Below are positions 1 through 13,542 of a stretch of 64,000 bases of DNA, piece by piece. The DNA comes from the human T2T-CHM13v2.0 reference genome, Homo sapiens, in the NCBI RefSeq assembly GCF_009914755.1, contig NC_060931.1; one strand, given 5' to 3'. A program made the translations under genes and the position numbers. The stretch's first letter is position 1, and every line of letters starts with the position of its first letter. The notes under the pieces were generated by a model that made no database searches, was not told where the DNA came from, and worked only from the letters and a program-made list of their open reading frames with translations.

Positions 1-179
1 CATTTTTAATAGAAAATAATTTAGCATCAAAATATAAGGAATGTTAAATTAGAGGGAAAACTAAGGTGAAATACATCAAGACTGCAAGTACACTAATAAC
101 AAAAATAAAATAATGTGGATTTATTTGTGATTTTTTTTAAGGGAGGCAGTGACTTACCAGTCGCACTTTTGATGACCCA

Positions 180-1465
180 TTCTTAGTCCCTCTCCTTCTT
201 AATATATCAATATTAGACCTGGTTGATAATGCCCCCCTTTTTCTTTAAGGTTATCACTCTCTTCGGGGTGCTTTATCAACTTACTGGTTTCCTTTTAGTC
301 TCTCTAAGTGGCTTTCCCTCATTTCTCCAACTTTAATCCTTAAATGTCGAAGGGCTCAGTCCTTGGCCCTAACATCATTTTTTTTTTCAATGTACACTCA
401 TTCCCTTGATGATCTCAGCTAATAAAATCTGTCTTTAAAAAGCCATCCATTCACTGATAACTCTGAAATTTATCTCTACTGTGGTACTCTCCAATTAAGT
501 CCAAGTTCATATATTCAATTATCTATTTTACATTTGTAATTCTAAATAATGTCAGTCTACATTAGTCATACTAACCATATCTAAAACCAAACTCCAGCCC
601 CCACCCACCTCACTTTCACATTTTGCACTCTTGCTTATACAAATAAGTCGAAATGCTATTCTTCCAATTTCCACTAGCTGGAAGATAGGGAATAGTCATC
701 ACTGACTCTTTTCTCATACATTTTTCTCATACCCACAACCACCCATCAGCAAATTCTGCCGACTCATGTTCAAAATATACCTACTATGTTTCTAAGTATC
801 CCACCTCTTTTTTGTCCAAGTCACCAATATATTTTACTTGGATTATTAAAATATCTTCCTAACTGGCTTCCCTGCTTTCACTCATCCCTCTGAAGAATAT
901 ACTCCACAGATAAGCCATAATAATGATCCTTTTATAACTTAATCAGAGCATGTCTTTTCCCCACTCAGCTCTTACAGTGGGCCTTCACCTTAATTAGAGT
1001 AGGAGTCAAAGTCCTTACCATGGCCTATAATCCCTAATTGCCCTATCTGATGCTGCTAACCATCTGGCCATACCTGTATCACCCTCTTACTTACTCTGCT
1101 TCTGTCTCATTGGCCTTTCTGAACTTCCTTGAATGCACTCCAGTGTAATTCTTTTTCCTCAAAATGTCCTCAATTAAGTCACCTGCTCAGGTCTTTGCTC
1201 GGATGTTACCATATCAGAGATCTTCCCTGAGTGTCCTGTATAAAATAAACCCAGTGTTTTCTAGCTTTCTTGTTCTGCTTTATTTTCTTTTCCAGTTTTC
1301 ATCACCAAATATATATTAATTTGTTTACTTCAAGGCTTTCTCCAGAATATCAGTTTCATGAAGGCAGAGCTCTTGTCTATTTTTTTCCTGTATGTATCCA
1401 CAATCCTTATAAAATGCTTCTCAAATGATAGGAAGCTTAATAACTACTTGCTGAATGAGTAAGTG
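180..1465 (+). mobile_element. L2 LINE 3' remnant
   Basis: Pyrimidine-rich L2 ORF2/3'UTR-like text (tccactctcatt, ctggcttccctgc, aaagtccttaccatggcct) ending in ttgctgaatgagt. Confidence 0.7.
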
Positions 1466-3627
1466 ATCAGAGAAGTAATAAAAATACCAATTATTCATGA
1501 ACCTAGCATTGTCAAATAAGACAGTAAGGATGTGAACCTGAAAATAGACATTTTTGCTCTCTTGTTATGCAGCAACAACTAAAATTTAGTATATAATCAA
1601 TAGAGAAACCTGTTACTAAACTTTTAAATATAATTGCAAAATAATAATTGGTTACGTGGATAAATACATAATCCATCTTCACTAATGGCGAGGAATATAA
1701 AAATGAAATTAATGTGGAATGCAATTCCACAAAAATGGAATGCAATTATGCCAAATTACCATCCGCCTGTATTTCTTTCATTTTGTTTTCTTTAATGTTT
1801 TTTTGAGGGTGGGATATTTAACTTGTTGACCACAGCATTATATATGTTGAAATTATTTAAAAGTATTATTCACTTATAGAAATTAAACTATTTATCTAAA
1901 TGGATAAAGAACTGATAGTTCTTCGGATTCTGTGGTCTTTCCTGGATTCCTTTATTGTAGTTGAGACAGTAAAAAACATTTTAAAAATTATACCACTTCT
2001 AGAAAGCACTGATAATTCTACAAAGTTCTTCAACATTCACAGTCAGATGAAACCAGGCTTTGCTTTGCATAAATCAAAAAACAAATCATCCAATATAAAT
2101 TTGTAAAAATTATGACAATCTAATTTGATAAAGCCCATTTGTGTTCTCACATCTGCTGAAGAGGTGGGAAAATGTTCTTATAAAGGCCAACCATAAATAT
2201 GTCCTCTCATGATACCCACCTTTAAAGGTAGAAACCAGGTAGAAAAAGAACTAGATACAAATCACAGAGATCTCAGGTAGCAAAGATAATTACATATGCC
2301 TTTATCAAAAATGACTCAAAGGAGACCCATGTTATTTGAAAACCTCTGTTAACCACCAACCATGATAAAATTATTTTCAAAAATAGGTTATATGCCTACT
2401 TAGAAAGATAAGCAACATGGTCCATGCAAATACAGTTTAATGGATCAAATTAAGTATTTCAATTCCTAATAAATGTTGGAAACTGTATGTGAATGTATTG
2501 ACAATGAATTATCAAGATAATCTCTATATGATTTTAGAGTATTGTGCTTTGAGAGGTAGGGCATCCTGGATTACTCAACCTGTAGGTAAGTGGTGAATCT
2601 TAAGTCTCAAGCAGTAGTTAGAATCTCTGAATCTGCTCTCAGAGAATACCTAGGCTTGACTCAACTTTTCAGAGCAACATGGTGAGCTTTAGCAAAGTGC
2701 ATGACACATTCAGAAGTCTAAAGAAGTCCCACTGCTAGGGTGAAAGCACAGCATTAGATAAGTGCCCAGCTCACAATCTGTAAGCACCTAGAGACTTGAT
2801 TTTTGAAATAATATGTTTAATGATTGAGAAATGCATGTTGTTTTTCATCCTGGGAAAAAAACCTGAATGTTAATATGTGTACTCAATTTTCTTAATTATT
2901 TTTAATAAACAGGAAGCATTGGCTTATTTGATGAGTTTCTTTTTAGAATTTTTTGTAATTCCAATAAAAGAGAAATGATGTCATGTTATTAAAACCTCTT
3001 ACAAGAGTGTTAATTTTGAAGCCTTGGGAGAGTTACTAATTTATACAGTTTGGTATTTATCATAAACCTACTGACTAAAGCATTCCTAACAATGATTAAT
3101 TAAGCAGGATTAGGCAGAATAAAATTATAGTTTTTCTAATCTTGGCCAGTAAAATGTTTTATAAAACAAAAAAATTAGCAGAAACTACAATAGATGTAAT
3201 TTTAGGGCTTTTTGACATCCAAGTTAATATAGCAATCCACTGAACTTGAATGTGCAATTGTAATGGTTTTGTGTAGATTTGTGCAAGGTAACTTCAAATA
3301 GTTCTTTATTACTGCTCAGCAATCCATCTGTGTTACTCTATAAACTTTGTCTCAATTTTCCCAATGATTGCTTCAATTTTCTCCACATCTGTGAATGTCT
3401 CCTGACTTCCTGTTACATTCCATCATCCTTCCCATTGGTATGTTTGTGCTCCATTATACTTTCTCAGGAATAGTAGCCAACTTCTTTTTCTGGAGTATTC
3501 AACTACAATTTCTCAACTAATATTTTCCATCAAATATATTAATCTTCAGGCCTCTATCCCATATCTTCCTGTACTTACAGCCCTATCTGTCCTCCACTCT
3601 GTAGATAATCTTTTAAAAATTATTTAT

Positions 3628-3957
3628 GGCTGGGCATGGTGGCTGACACCTGTAATCCCAGGACTTTGGGAGACCAAGGCAGGTGTTCAAGACCTTGAAC
3701 ACCTCCTAGGTCAGGAGTTCAAGACCAGCCTAGCCAACATGGTGAAACCCTGTCTCTACTAAAAAAAAACAAAAACAAAAAAAAACAAAAATTAGCTGGG
3801 TGTGGTGGTGGGTGCCTGTAATCCCAACTACTCGGGAGGTTGAGGCAGGAAGAATTGCTTGAACTGGAGAGGTGGAAGTTGCAGTGTGCCAAGATTGCGC
3901 CACTGCACTCCACCGTGGGTGACACAGCGAGACTCCATCTCAAAAAAAAACAAAAAA
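3628..3957 (+). mobile_element. Alu (AluS-type) with a local rearrangement in the left arm
   Basis: ggctgggcatggtggct...A-rich linker...gactccatctc followed by poly(A). Confidence 0.95.
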
Positions 3958-4155
3958 TTACACTTTTTTGTCTCTGTTCTCTAATTACTAAGACACTCCA
4001 TGCCAACATGGTTCTATAGCATTATTTTATGGAACATTCCTTCCTACAGTCATCAATGACCTCCATTTTGCCAAATCCAAGGCACATTTTTAGTCTCCAT
4101 TTAATTGATTTCTCAGCAACATCTGACAGTGTTTCCTCTTTTTTGAACTACCCTC

Positions 4156-4592
4156 TGCTATACTTTGGATATTTGAGCCTCTAAACCTTATGTTGAAATT
4201 TGATATCCAATGTTGGAGGTGGGGCCTAAAGGGAAGTGTTGGGTCATAGGGGTGGATCCCTCATGAATGGCTTGGTGCCTTCCTTGTGGTAATGAGTGAG
4301 TCCTCTCTCAGTCCCCCAGGCCCCACGGCCCCTGTGCTGCTTGTGAAAAAATGTCTGCAACCTCGCTTCCCTCTCCCTTGCTTCCTCTCTCACCATGTGA
4401 TCTCTGAACATGCTACTGGCTCCCTTTCACCTTTCACCAGGCATGGAAGAAGGCTGAAGCCCTCACCAGAAGCAGATACGGGCACCATGCTTCTTGTACA
4501 GCCTGTAGAAACATGAGCCAAATAAACTTCTTTAAAAAAAAAATGACCCAGTCTCAGGTATTCCTTTTTAGCAACACCAACAGACTAATAGA
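4156..4592 (+). mobile_element. MaLR solo LTR (MSTB/MSTD-like)
   Basis: tgctatactttggat...ccaatgttggaggtggggcct...gagccaaataaac...agcaacaccaacagactaa. Confidence 0.85.
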
Positions 4593-5071
4593 CCTTGTTA
4601 CCTCATCAGCTTACTCATCAGCTCTCTTTATGCAGTATACTTGACCAATGCCAGAATTAAAGCAAGTACCCAAATTAAAGCAAAAACAATGAGAATGTAA
4701 GAAAACAAAGAAATACAACACATGACCAGCAGACTTGATCATCCACAGATAATTATGTCATCATTGCAGAGACTATCAGCTGACTACCAAAATCCTTTCT
4801 GCTTTCTTTTACAGTAGATGGGCATGTTATTTTTAAACTCTATTACATTTTTCACCCTCCCTTGCAGGGATCTGTGACCATGTGCTGAATTTCTTATAAA
4901 GAAGCACTGTAACTGTCCTAGAAAACGTCCCACATATACTTATACTTTCCTTTTTCATGGGGGCATGTTGAAGATGACAGAGATTCAGTCAGCTTGGGTC
5001 TTTGAATGACTCTATGGAGTAGAGACAACCTCCTTCTCATCCTTGTGCACACACATTTTTCTGGATTGATT

Positions 5072-5251
5072 GCTCTGTGAACTTCAAACTTTGACTTACA
5101 TCAGAATCACCCAGGAAGGTTTGTTTAAACACAGATTGTTGGCCTTCAGTATCAGTTTCTGACTCAACAGATAGAGGGTGGAGCTGAAGAATTTTTATTT
5201 CTAACAGCTCCCAGGTTATGGCTACAGGGATCCTACTTTGGGGAGCACTGC
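5072..5251. mobile_element. MER5A-like hAT element nested in an MLT1-like LTR (~4765-5340)
   Basis: catcagaatcacccaggaagg...tttctaacagctcccagg...ctactttggggagcactg. Confidence 0.7.
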
Positions 5252-6252
5252 CTTAGACTATGGCATAGAATGAAACAAATGTCTATTTTTCTGAGCCATT
5301 ACATTTTGAGTCTATTGTTAAAGAGCTTTAGTCTTCCCTATTTCATTCGGAAATGATTATGGAAACTTGATGAGAATTATTTTATTTTTATGCTGTCATG
5401 CGCACTTAATTTGGCATAAAATAGAGCAAACCCTTATAAGGTAACATTGAGTGACTGGAAAATGGGTCAAACTACTGTATCCATGTTCTCCGGTTTGTCA
5501 TCTTCCTACTTTTTGTGCTGTTCTCTTAAAACTGATTCCCCAGGTCCCAGGTAGCAGTTTCCACTTCAAAGTTGTTCAAATGCATGAGTAATTAAAAGTA
5601 TTAAGGATTAGAGCCACAGAAATGAGGAGGCAAAAAAAGAGGAGAAAAGGCACTTCACAAAACAACATGGTTTTGCATTTTGAAAATAGGAAATAGCAAA
5701 TAATATTTTGTCCCACAATTTATCTTGTATTATTTGGGTGGGGATGGCAAATATATGTGCTGTTTGGAGCTTAGAAAGAAAAAATGCTATTCAGAGAGTG
5801 TGGATGAACTGGATAGGAGTTAACACTCAGTGGAATTGCTCACTGATTCAAGTTCTACAAGTGATTAGGTGAGAAATCTTGCACAACCGACTTCCACCAT
5901 GAGGGGAGTATAATCTAGACAAGCGCTAATATGCCAACTAGATTTGACAATTTGTAACTATATAACTAACTGCTTGTTTTGTAAGAAGGGAAAGAATACG
6001 ACCATTAAATACTGTAATAATACATACATAGTAGGCTGAAACATTTTTGATAGACACATATATTTTACAATGTTTAAGTAGAATAGAAGGAGCCATCCAG
6101 GCTTATACTTAATATATGTCAGTTTAAATACCATAGTGTTAAGCTTCATGGTATGAAACAGAAAATTGAGAAACGTAGAGTCTTAGCAATTTTCAAGCAG
6201 TAGGGACAAAGAAGAGAGCTTTCACTCTTCCAAAGAAAATTTGTATAATTGA

Positions 6253-6482
6253 CAGGGGTGTACAATCTTTTGCTTCCTTGGGCCACACTGGAGGAAGAAT
6301 TGTCTTGGGCCACATCATATGAAATACACTAACACTAACAATATCTGATGAGCTTAAAAAAAGAAAAAGGTCCATGCATAAATCTCATAATGTTTTGAGA
6401 AAGTTTACAAATTAGTGTTGGGCTGCATGCAAAGCTGTCCTGGGCTGCATGCGACCCACGGGCCCTGGGTTGGACAAGCTTG
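6253..6482 (+). mobile_element. MER30 (hAT-Charlie) DNA transposon
   Basis: caggggtgtacaatcttttgcttccttgggccac...gggttggacaagcttg. Confidence 0.9.
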
Positions 6483-8556
6483 GCAGCTTTACTAATGTTT
6501 TGTGCTTTAATTTGTCTCAAGAGGGGCTTCATTAATTATCTCATAAATGTAATTAGGCTGTTTAATAACTGAACACAGATTTTTTTTCTCTCTCTCTCAT
6601 TTTTATTTATTTGTTTTCTACTAGCAGAATTGAGTTATTCAAATTGACAGTCTCTTGATTGGTTGATATTCAAGACACCTTGAATTATTCAAGAAACCAC
6701 TTAGACAAAATAATGTTCCCCAGTTTTTTGTTTTCTTGTTTATTTTTGTTTTATCTTCTTCATTCTTTTCATTTTAATCATAAATCCTAAAGGTTACACT
6801 GAAATTGTCCCCAGGTTAATAAAGGTAACCTAATCTTTTTTTTCCTGGAAACAAATCTTTTAATTCCTTATAATTTTATCTCTCTCCTTCTTGGCTACCA
6901 TATAAAAAATGGGCAAATTTCCGAGGAAGAACAAAGTGTGGTAAGTTAGGCAAACCTGAAAATGAAAGGATAAGTTAGTAAGAAAAAGAGAAACATCCTA
7001 CTGAGGAAGTGTAAAGTTCATATGGTTTCTTTAAGGCAGGAAGAGAAGTGATGGATGACTACTAAAATCAGTACATTGTACAATGTATTAGAAAGCCACA
7101 TTCACTGGAAGTAAAATCCATAAGAGATTATATTTTAATATTAAGATGATTTCTAGGAGGAGTAGAAACCAATTATGGTGTAGAAAACTTGACAAAAATA
7201 TTAGACGTCTGTTCTCAAGCCCCAGCTTCTCCATTCCATACCTTACAAGGTTAACTGGTTATTGAGTGAGCTAAACTTAAAAATGTTTTCAAGAAGCCCC
7301 TTTATTTTTCATGAACTCTTCAAAATCTTTCCACCCCCTGATAGCACATTATGAGCATCCCATAACTTTCAAGTCACTTCTATTTTCTTTTCAATCATTA
7401 TGACTCACTCTCTGTTATTCAGATGTTCTTTCCAATCTAAATCAGAGCTCCAAACTCTAATTCCATTCAAAGTTTCTCTCTTCTGCACAACTCAAGATTG
7501 ATCCGTGGCTCAAAGGCTTCTAGTGACAAAAGGCATATTGACATTTTTTTTCACTTTCCATCATCCTTTTCTTTATTTTTCTACCTCCTTCTAGAATGAG
7601 GTGAGAAAGGAGAGTTGGTGGAAGAGATACAAATGTCTTCCTTCCCCCTATTTTTATAGTTAGGCCTTTGTTTTTGTTGCCTGGCAGCATTCATATATGA
7701 TTGCTTAGGTAAGGTATGTATGTGAATATTTAAAGAGTTCTTGTAGGGACCTCTACAATGCACACTATTGTCACATGGGTGTCAGGCCCTGGAGACTCTC
7801 CTTTTGGTAGGCTTCCCTCTTTCTTAGGGTACATTCAAAAAGACTTAAGCTGGGCTATGTTATTCTGCCTCTATTGGCCCATGCACCTTTGCCAGCTCCA
7901 ATGGTGGAAGTGCAAGTCCCTTTATTCTTTTCCCTACACGTTCCTGTGCAGTAGTGGGCTGCTCAAGCCACATTCTCACCCATAGAAGATTCCATGCAGT
8001 AAAGAGGTCTAAGCTTTCATATGCATAAATGCATCCACCCTTTAGAGGACTCGGTTAAGCACTGTCTAGTGTTCTCCTCTAAGAAATGCCCCAAGATGAG
8101 ACTGAGAATCTGTGGCTCATAAACATTCAACCATGGTGTGAGAAACAGTCTACATCTTTTAAAACCACTGCCAGTCTCTCTGCATGCTTTTCTAAGGTTA
8201 CATTGCCTTGGGAGAGAAAAAGCTTCCATTCCCCATTACTCTCCTCTGGTCTGACAAGCCAACAATCCAAATGAATTCTCTCTATACGTAAACCCCTCTA
8301 GACCTGGCCTTACTTAGTCTGGATGGGTTGTGGGTATGAGTGTCAAAAGACTTACCCTGCAATCTTTGATTAAATACTATAAGGGTTACTTGTAACTACT
8401 TGACACTCTAAAATATAGGGGCAATTTCTGCCGAGTATTATCAGCCTTGAGTCTTTGGCTGAGAATACAGGAAAATAACATTAACTTTCTGCTACAGAGG
8501 TATTGTAATGTTGGACAAATTATTTAACCTTTACCCGAGTTCCCCATCTGGGCTGC

Positions 8557-9045
8557 TGTATTAATTTCTTTTGGCTGCTATAACAAATTACCACAAACTT
8601 GGTGGCTTATGACAACACAAAATTAAAATGAATCATCTTATATTTCTACAGGCCAGAAGTCAAAAATCATTTCCACTGGGCTACAGTCAAGGTGTTGACA
8701 GGGCTTTTTCCTTCTAGAGACTCTAGTCGGTTATCCATCTCCTTGCCTTTTCTAGCTTCTAGAGGCCACCTGTCTTCATTGGCTCCTGCTTCTTCCTCCC
8801 ATCATGCCCATTTCTTGCTTCCAAAGTCACTTCCTTTCTGCTCTCCTGCCTCCCTCTTATAAAATTGCTGTGACTACACCAGGCCTACGTGGGCAATCCA
8901 GAACAGTCTCCTTATCTCCAGATGCTTAGCTAAATCACATCTGCACATTTTACCTATATGGTACACATTTTACTTATATGGTGGCAGTCACAGTTTCTAA
9001 GGATTGAGATGTTGATATTTAGGGGGTCATTACTCAGCTTGCTAC
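8557..9045 (-). mobile_element. MLT1 LTR inserted in a MIR
   Basis: tgtattaatttcttttggctgctataacaaattaccacaaacttggtggctta...; MIR-like flanks on both sides. Confidence 0.8.
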
Positions 9046-10559
9046 ACTTGCTTTGAGGATTAATAATATTAAGTACTTGCCATGATATCTGGCACATATG
9101 AGCACTTAACATACTTTCTGTTCTTCTTCCTAACTTCTCATCCTATTTATTAAGTTGTGTGATATTTTGGTTAAGGCACTTGATTGCCAAAGGGCCTTTG
9201 CTGCCTCATCTGTAAAACTAGATATATGTATAGTACTCTCTTTGAAGATATAATGATGAATAAGACTGATTTAACTTCTGTCATCCTTAAGCTCACATTC
9301 CAAGGGAGCAGATAATAAAATAGGTACATATATAATGAGATATTAATTAGTACCATAAAACAGTTCAGCAATCTAGTCAGGGAAGGAGAGATCATTTGAT
9401 GCAGAGTCATGCATGCTTCACTCTCAGTTTATTACCATCTGCAAATGGCACCTACATAGAAAAAGACCAAGTGACCTGAAAGAGTATCCCTGCCCACTCT
9501 ACCCTTTATTCTGTGTCTTTTTCTCTGACTTAACTTTTTATGACACTAATTCCTATGTTATATTATATTTAGCTATTTTGCTTTTTTTTTTTGTTTGCAT
9601 CATTCAGAAAAAATGTAAGTTTCAGAACAACGGGGATGGAGTTGGTCTCGTGCATTATTATAACCCTATAACGGTCTGACAAGAGTCGAAGTGCAATTAA
9701 TGCTTATCAAGTGAATAAAGTTATAAATCTCATAAAATAATAGTTATGAAAATAGGAAATAATTTCAGGTATAGTTAGATTAAATATTTTAATCTTTCCA
9801 AATAATAAAGATAATTTATAAAACAGTTTTATTAAAAGTAAAGCCAGTGGTGATATTTAAACTTTACAAAATTATTCTAGTTGTAATTCACTGCCAATTA
9901 TACAGTTTACAATGATGATTTTACTTGGTGACATGTTTACAAACCAGCAGGTCTTAATTTATGATTTTCAGGATGTCAGACATTGAAATTTATGCCCTTG
10001 TTCATGAATTGTTGATTGAAAAAAGAACACATGTATTTCACTATTAGTTTAATTAGTAATCTTAGATATATTATTTTGTTTAAATGTGCAAATTGATAAT
10101 AATGAAATTCTTGCTTCGGAAATCTATTTAAGTAAATAATATTCCAAGGAAAAAAAATCTTCTTTAAAAACAAAGTCCCATTTAAGAATCCAACTTATTT
10201 TCAAACTTGAGTTTGGTGTAAGCTATGTATATAAAATTCAAATAATTTTTCTTAAATTAAAAAAAGGTGTATATATACTGATTATATGACCTAGAAAAAT
10301 TAAATGCAGAGCTCATGTCCTGTCTAAACATATATCTTTGTCAGAAGTTTCTGCTAGTTCCAGCTATCTACATCATAACTAAAGTTTATTATTTTGAGAA
10401 CTGGTGAACGTGAGCACTCTAAATTGTTTCCAAGCTACATTTTTCTATGATGAGGTCAAATAATATATTTTCAGCAAAAGGTACCGGAAGGGTTCAGGAT
10501 GGGCGACGTTTAGTGAGTGCAGCCTTTCAAACATCCTCAGTTCCCTTACAGGTAAAGTG

Positions 10560-10850
10560 TGCAGAAGGCGGTGAATAGATTCTGCTTATAAGCTGAGATC
10601 AGCAAATATCCTTTGCTTATCTCAGTTTGTCATTTTTAATCCACTCTGTTTTGCACAACCCTTCTTAAAGCCACTTAAGCCAAGCCCCAAGACCCTATTT
10701 AAAAAGCCTGTCCTGGCTCCCTCAGATTCAGAAGCTCCTAAAACTTGCCTGTGGAGTGTTCTTCCTTGCTGCAGCAAGCTCAGTAAATTTGACATTGTAT
10801 GACTACAGATGAATCCCTGGCAGCCTTTGGCCAATGAGCTTCAAGACTAC
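10560..10850 (+). mobile_element. Old ERV LTR fragment (family uncertain)
   Basis: TATA-like ctatttaaaaa followed by ttccttgctgcagcaagctcagtaaa, typical of an LTR R/U5 region. Confidence 0.45.
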
Positions 10851-11151
10851 CACTAATTAAACATGTAGTCTTGCCTTGTTACTTAATAGTCATGAACCTC
10901 ACTTATTTTTCCTTGTATAATACTGATAAATACATAGCATATAAATATATATCAGTTTGTTGAGAGGTCTAGCAAAGGTATATAAAAAGTACCCAGTATG
11001 ATACATAGTAGATATAAACTGTCAGTAAATAATAAATCATTTTAAAATTAATAGATTTACGGGTTTTGGAGGGATTTTCTAGACCTTTATTTGCTCTGCT
11101 TTTAACTATTATATATATTTAGCTATTAACTTTTTTATTTTTCCTGTCAAA

Positions 11152-11731
11152 CTTTTTTTTTTTAACTTTTAAGTTCGGGGATACATGTGCAGGGTTGTTA
11201 CACAGGTAAACTTGTGTCACAGGGGTGTTGTACAGATTATTTCGTCACCCAGATATTAAGCCTAGTCCCCATTAGCTATTTTTCCTGATCCTCCCCCCTG
11301 TCCCAGCCTCTAACCTCCGATAGTCCCCAGTGTGTGTTGTTCCCTTCCATGCATCCATGTGTTCTCATCATTTAGCTCCCACTTGCAAGTGAGAACATGT
11401 GGTATTTGGTTTTCTGTTCCTGTAATCGTTTGCTAAGGTTAATGGCCTCCAGCTCCATCCATGTCTTCACAAAAGACATTACCTTGTACTTTTTAATGGC
11501 TGTATAGTATTTCATGGTGTACATGTATCACATTTTCTTTATCCGGTCTATCACTCATGGTCACTTAGGTCGATTCCGTGCCTTTGCTATTGTAAATAGT
11601 GTTGCAATGAACGTATTCATGCCCATGTCTTTATAACAGAATGACTTCTATTCTTTTGGGTGTATACCCAGTAATGAGATTTCTGGGTCAAATGGTAGCT
11701 CTGTGTTTAGGTCTTTCAGGAATCACTACAT
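11152..11731 (-). mobile_element. L1PA (PA13-16-like) 3' end
   Basis: poly(T) then aacttttaagttcggggatacatgtgcagg...acccagtaatgagatttctgggtcaaatggtag. Confidence 0.9.
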
Positions 11732-12249
11732 TGGGTTTATTTATGTTTTTTAAAAAATATACATTGCCCCTAATAGAAATATAGCAGTGTTCTGGATATA
11801 ACTTCTGGTTTATTTCTTTTAAACTTAATTTTCATAGTAGCCCAATTTCTGCAAATACAAATCTGAACTATCAGACAAGGGCGTTTTTGAATAGCAATGA
11901 CTAATGCTAATTTGGAGGACTAAATAAAATGTTCAGTCTACTGGTTTTTAAAAACTATAACTAAAACTGAATTCAAAGACCTTTCAAATTTCTTTGTCCT
12001 TATTAAATTATGATTTTTATCATCTAGAAAAGAAAAAGCCAGTGTCCTGCATTCTTGATATGATCAGAATTTGATCAAGGATGTAATAGAGGAAAAAGAG
12101 GAAAGCATTATAAGGATTTTTGAGACAAATAGGAAAAATATTTTAATAAAATGATGGCAAAATAATGAGAACAGGCATAGATTTTTCAATTTCCTGTTAC
12201 AGTGTGTGCAGTTTCAAAATATTATTAATTAGAAAGGAGACCAATGCCA

Positions 12250-12623
12250 AGGTCCAGAGGCCAACTCTGAGATTTTATATTTGCATGCATCTGTTTTATC
12301 AGGTGGAGCTCTTCAGAGCAACACCAGGAAGAGAGTGAAGAATACAGAATTGGGCAGAGAGAGAAGGTGAAGAGCGATAGAGTTGAAACAGGACTTAGCT
12401 GATCTGCAGGGGGAGCTCTGGAGTTGGTATGGCCCTTCAGAATTTTCCTAGATTGAGTCAAGAGGGCTTAGCCTTTATAGTCTTCCACTCCTGGACCAGT
12501 GCAGAGAGATCACTCCTTTCTGCGGAAAGCAGTTATTGGGGAAGGACGCTGCTGTGAGCCAGGCATCACTCCCAGCACCTGGGGAAACTAGGGCTTTGGT
12601 TCTAAAGGAGCGAATTCACTACA
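12250..12623 (-). mobile_element. ERVL LTR (LTR33/LTR16-like)
   Basis: gggagctctggagttggtatggcccttcag, gcctttatag, ending cactacag. Confidence 0.65.
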
Positions 12624-13431
12624 GCGAATTGACACATTTATTTACCGTTGTGTTTTTAGGACATGATATCTGTTGAGCTTCTATTTGACCTTTGAAAATG
12701 TAAGCAAAGTTAAATATTAATTTAAGATTTATTTAGGAAAGGAGTTTGAATGAGTCTGTATTATTAAACTTAATATTAAGACTTTCTTTAATTACTCATC
12801 CCTTTCGTGCATGTAGTTTTTACCTCACTTTTCTGATCTGTATTTACTTTTTGGAATATTAAACTAGGTTTATGTGGGGGTGAAATCAATGTCTTCAGTA
12901 ATGGGTTCCTCATGCCTTTATTCTTTCACTATATTTTATTGGGTTCCTACTTATTATTTTGTCAATGGCATAACAGTTTAGTTCTAATTTTGTTCTTTTC
13001 CTTACTCAAAATTGGTGGGAAGCTGCATGAGACAAGTGGTGTACCAAGTGCAGCATAGCTATTAAATTTTCTCCATAGACCATTCTATTGCTATTGCATA
13101 GAGGAAGGGAACAGCTTCAGGGGAATTTATGTGGGACACAAATCACATGCTAATATATGATTGCAAGTGCATTTAGTTTACAAAAGAAACTGTTACAACT
13201 TGAATCGTTTATTTAAATGGTGATATAATATAAAACAATCATTTATGTTTGTAGGATTTAAAAGAAATTTTCTTTATTCAATTTCTGAATATCACATAAA
13301 TGTTGATTTTTTTAAGTCTATTTCCTGCTCCAGTCCTTGGGTCCACAAAGACTATGTCTAGAACTTCATCAAGCAAACATGAAAATTAAATAAGTGATTT
13401 GTAAAATGTGGATCACAGGATTAGGCACAAA

Positions 13432-13542
13432 ATGAGAGGGTCTTGCTCTGTTGCCCAGGCTTCAGTGCAGTTGCAGGATCATAGCTCACTGTAGCTTTGA
13501 ACTTCTGGGCTCACACAATCCTCCTGCCTCAGCTTCCTGAGT
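13432..13542 (-). mobile_element. Alu monomer fragment (FLAM/AluJ)
   Basis: gggtcttgctctgttgcccaggct...cctcctgcctcagcttcctgagt. Confidence 0.85.

Noticed and set aside
2539-2585. Plus-strand micro-exon candidate ending TAG|gtaagt (similarly 10474-10551)
   Set aside because: Isolated, with no partner exons or coding signal; expected by chance in 64 kb.
3719-4009. 96-aa ORF (also 32044, 32087, 44497, 57336, 61559, 63248)
   Set aside because: Antisense Alu translations.
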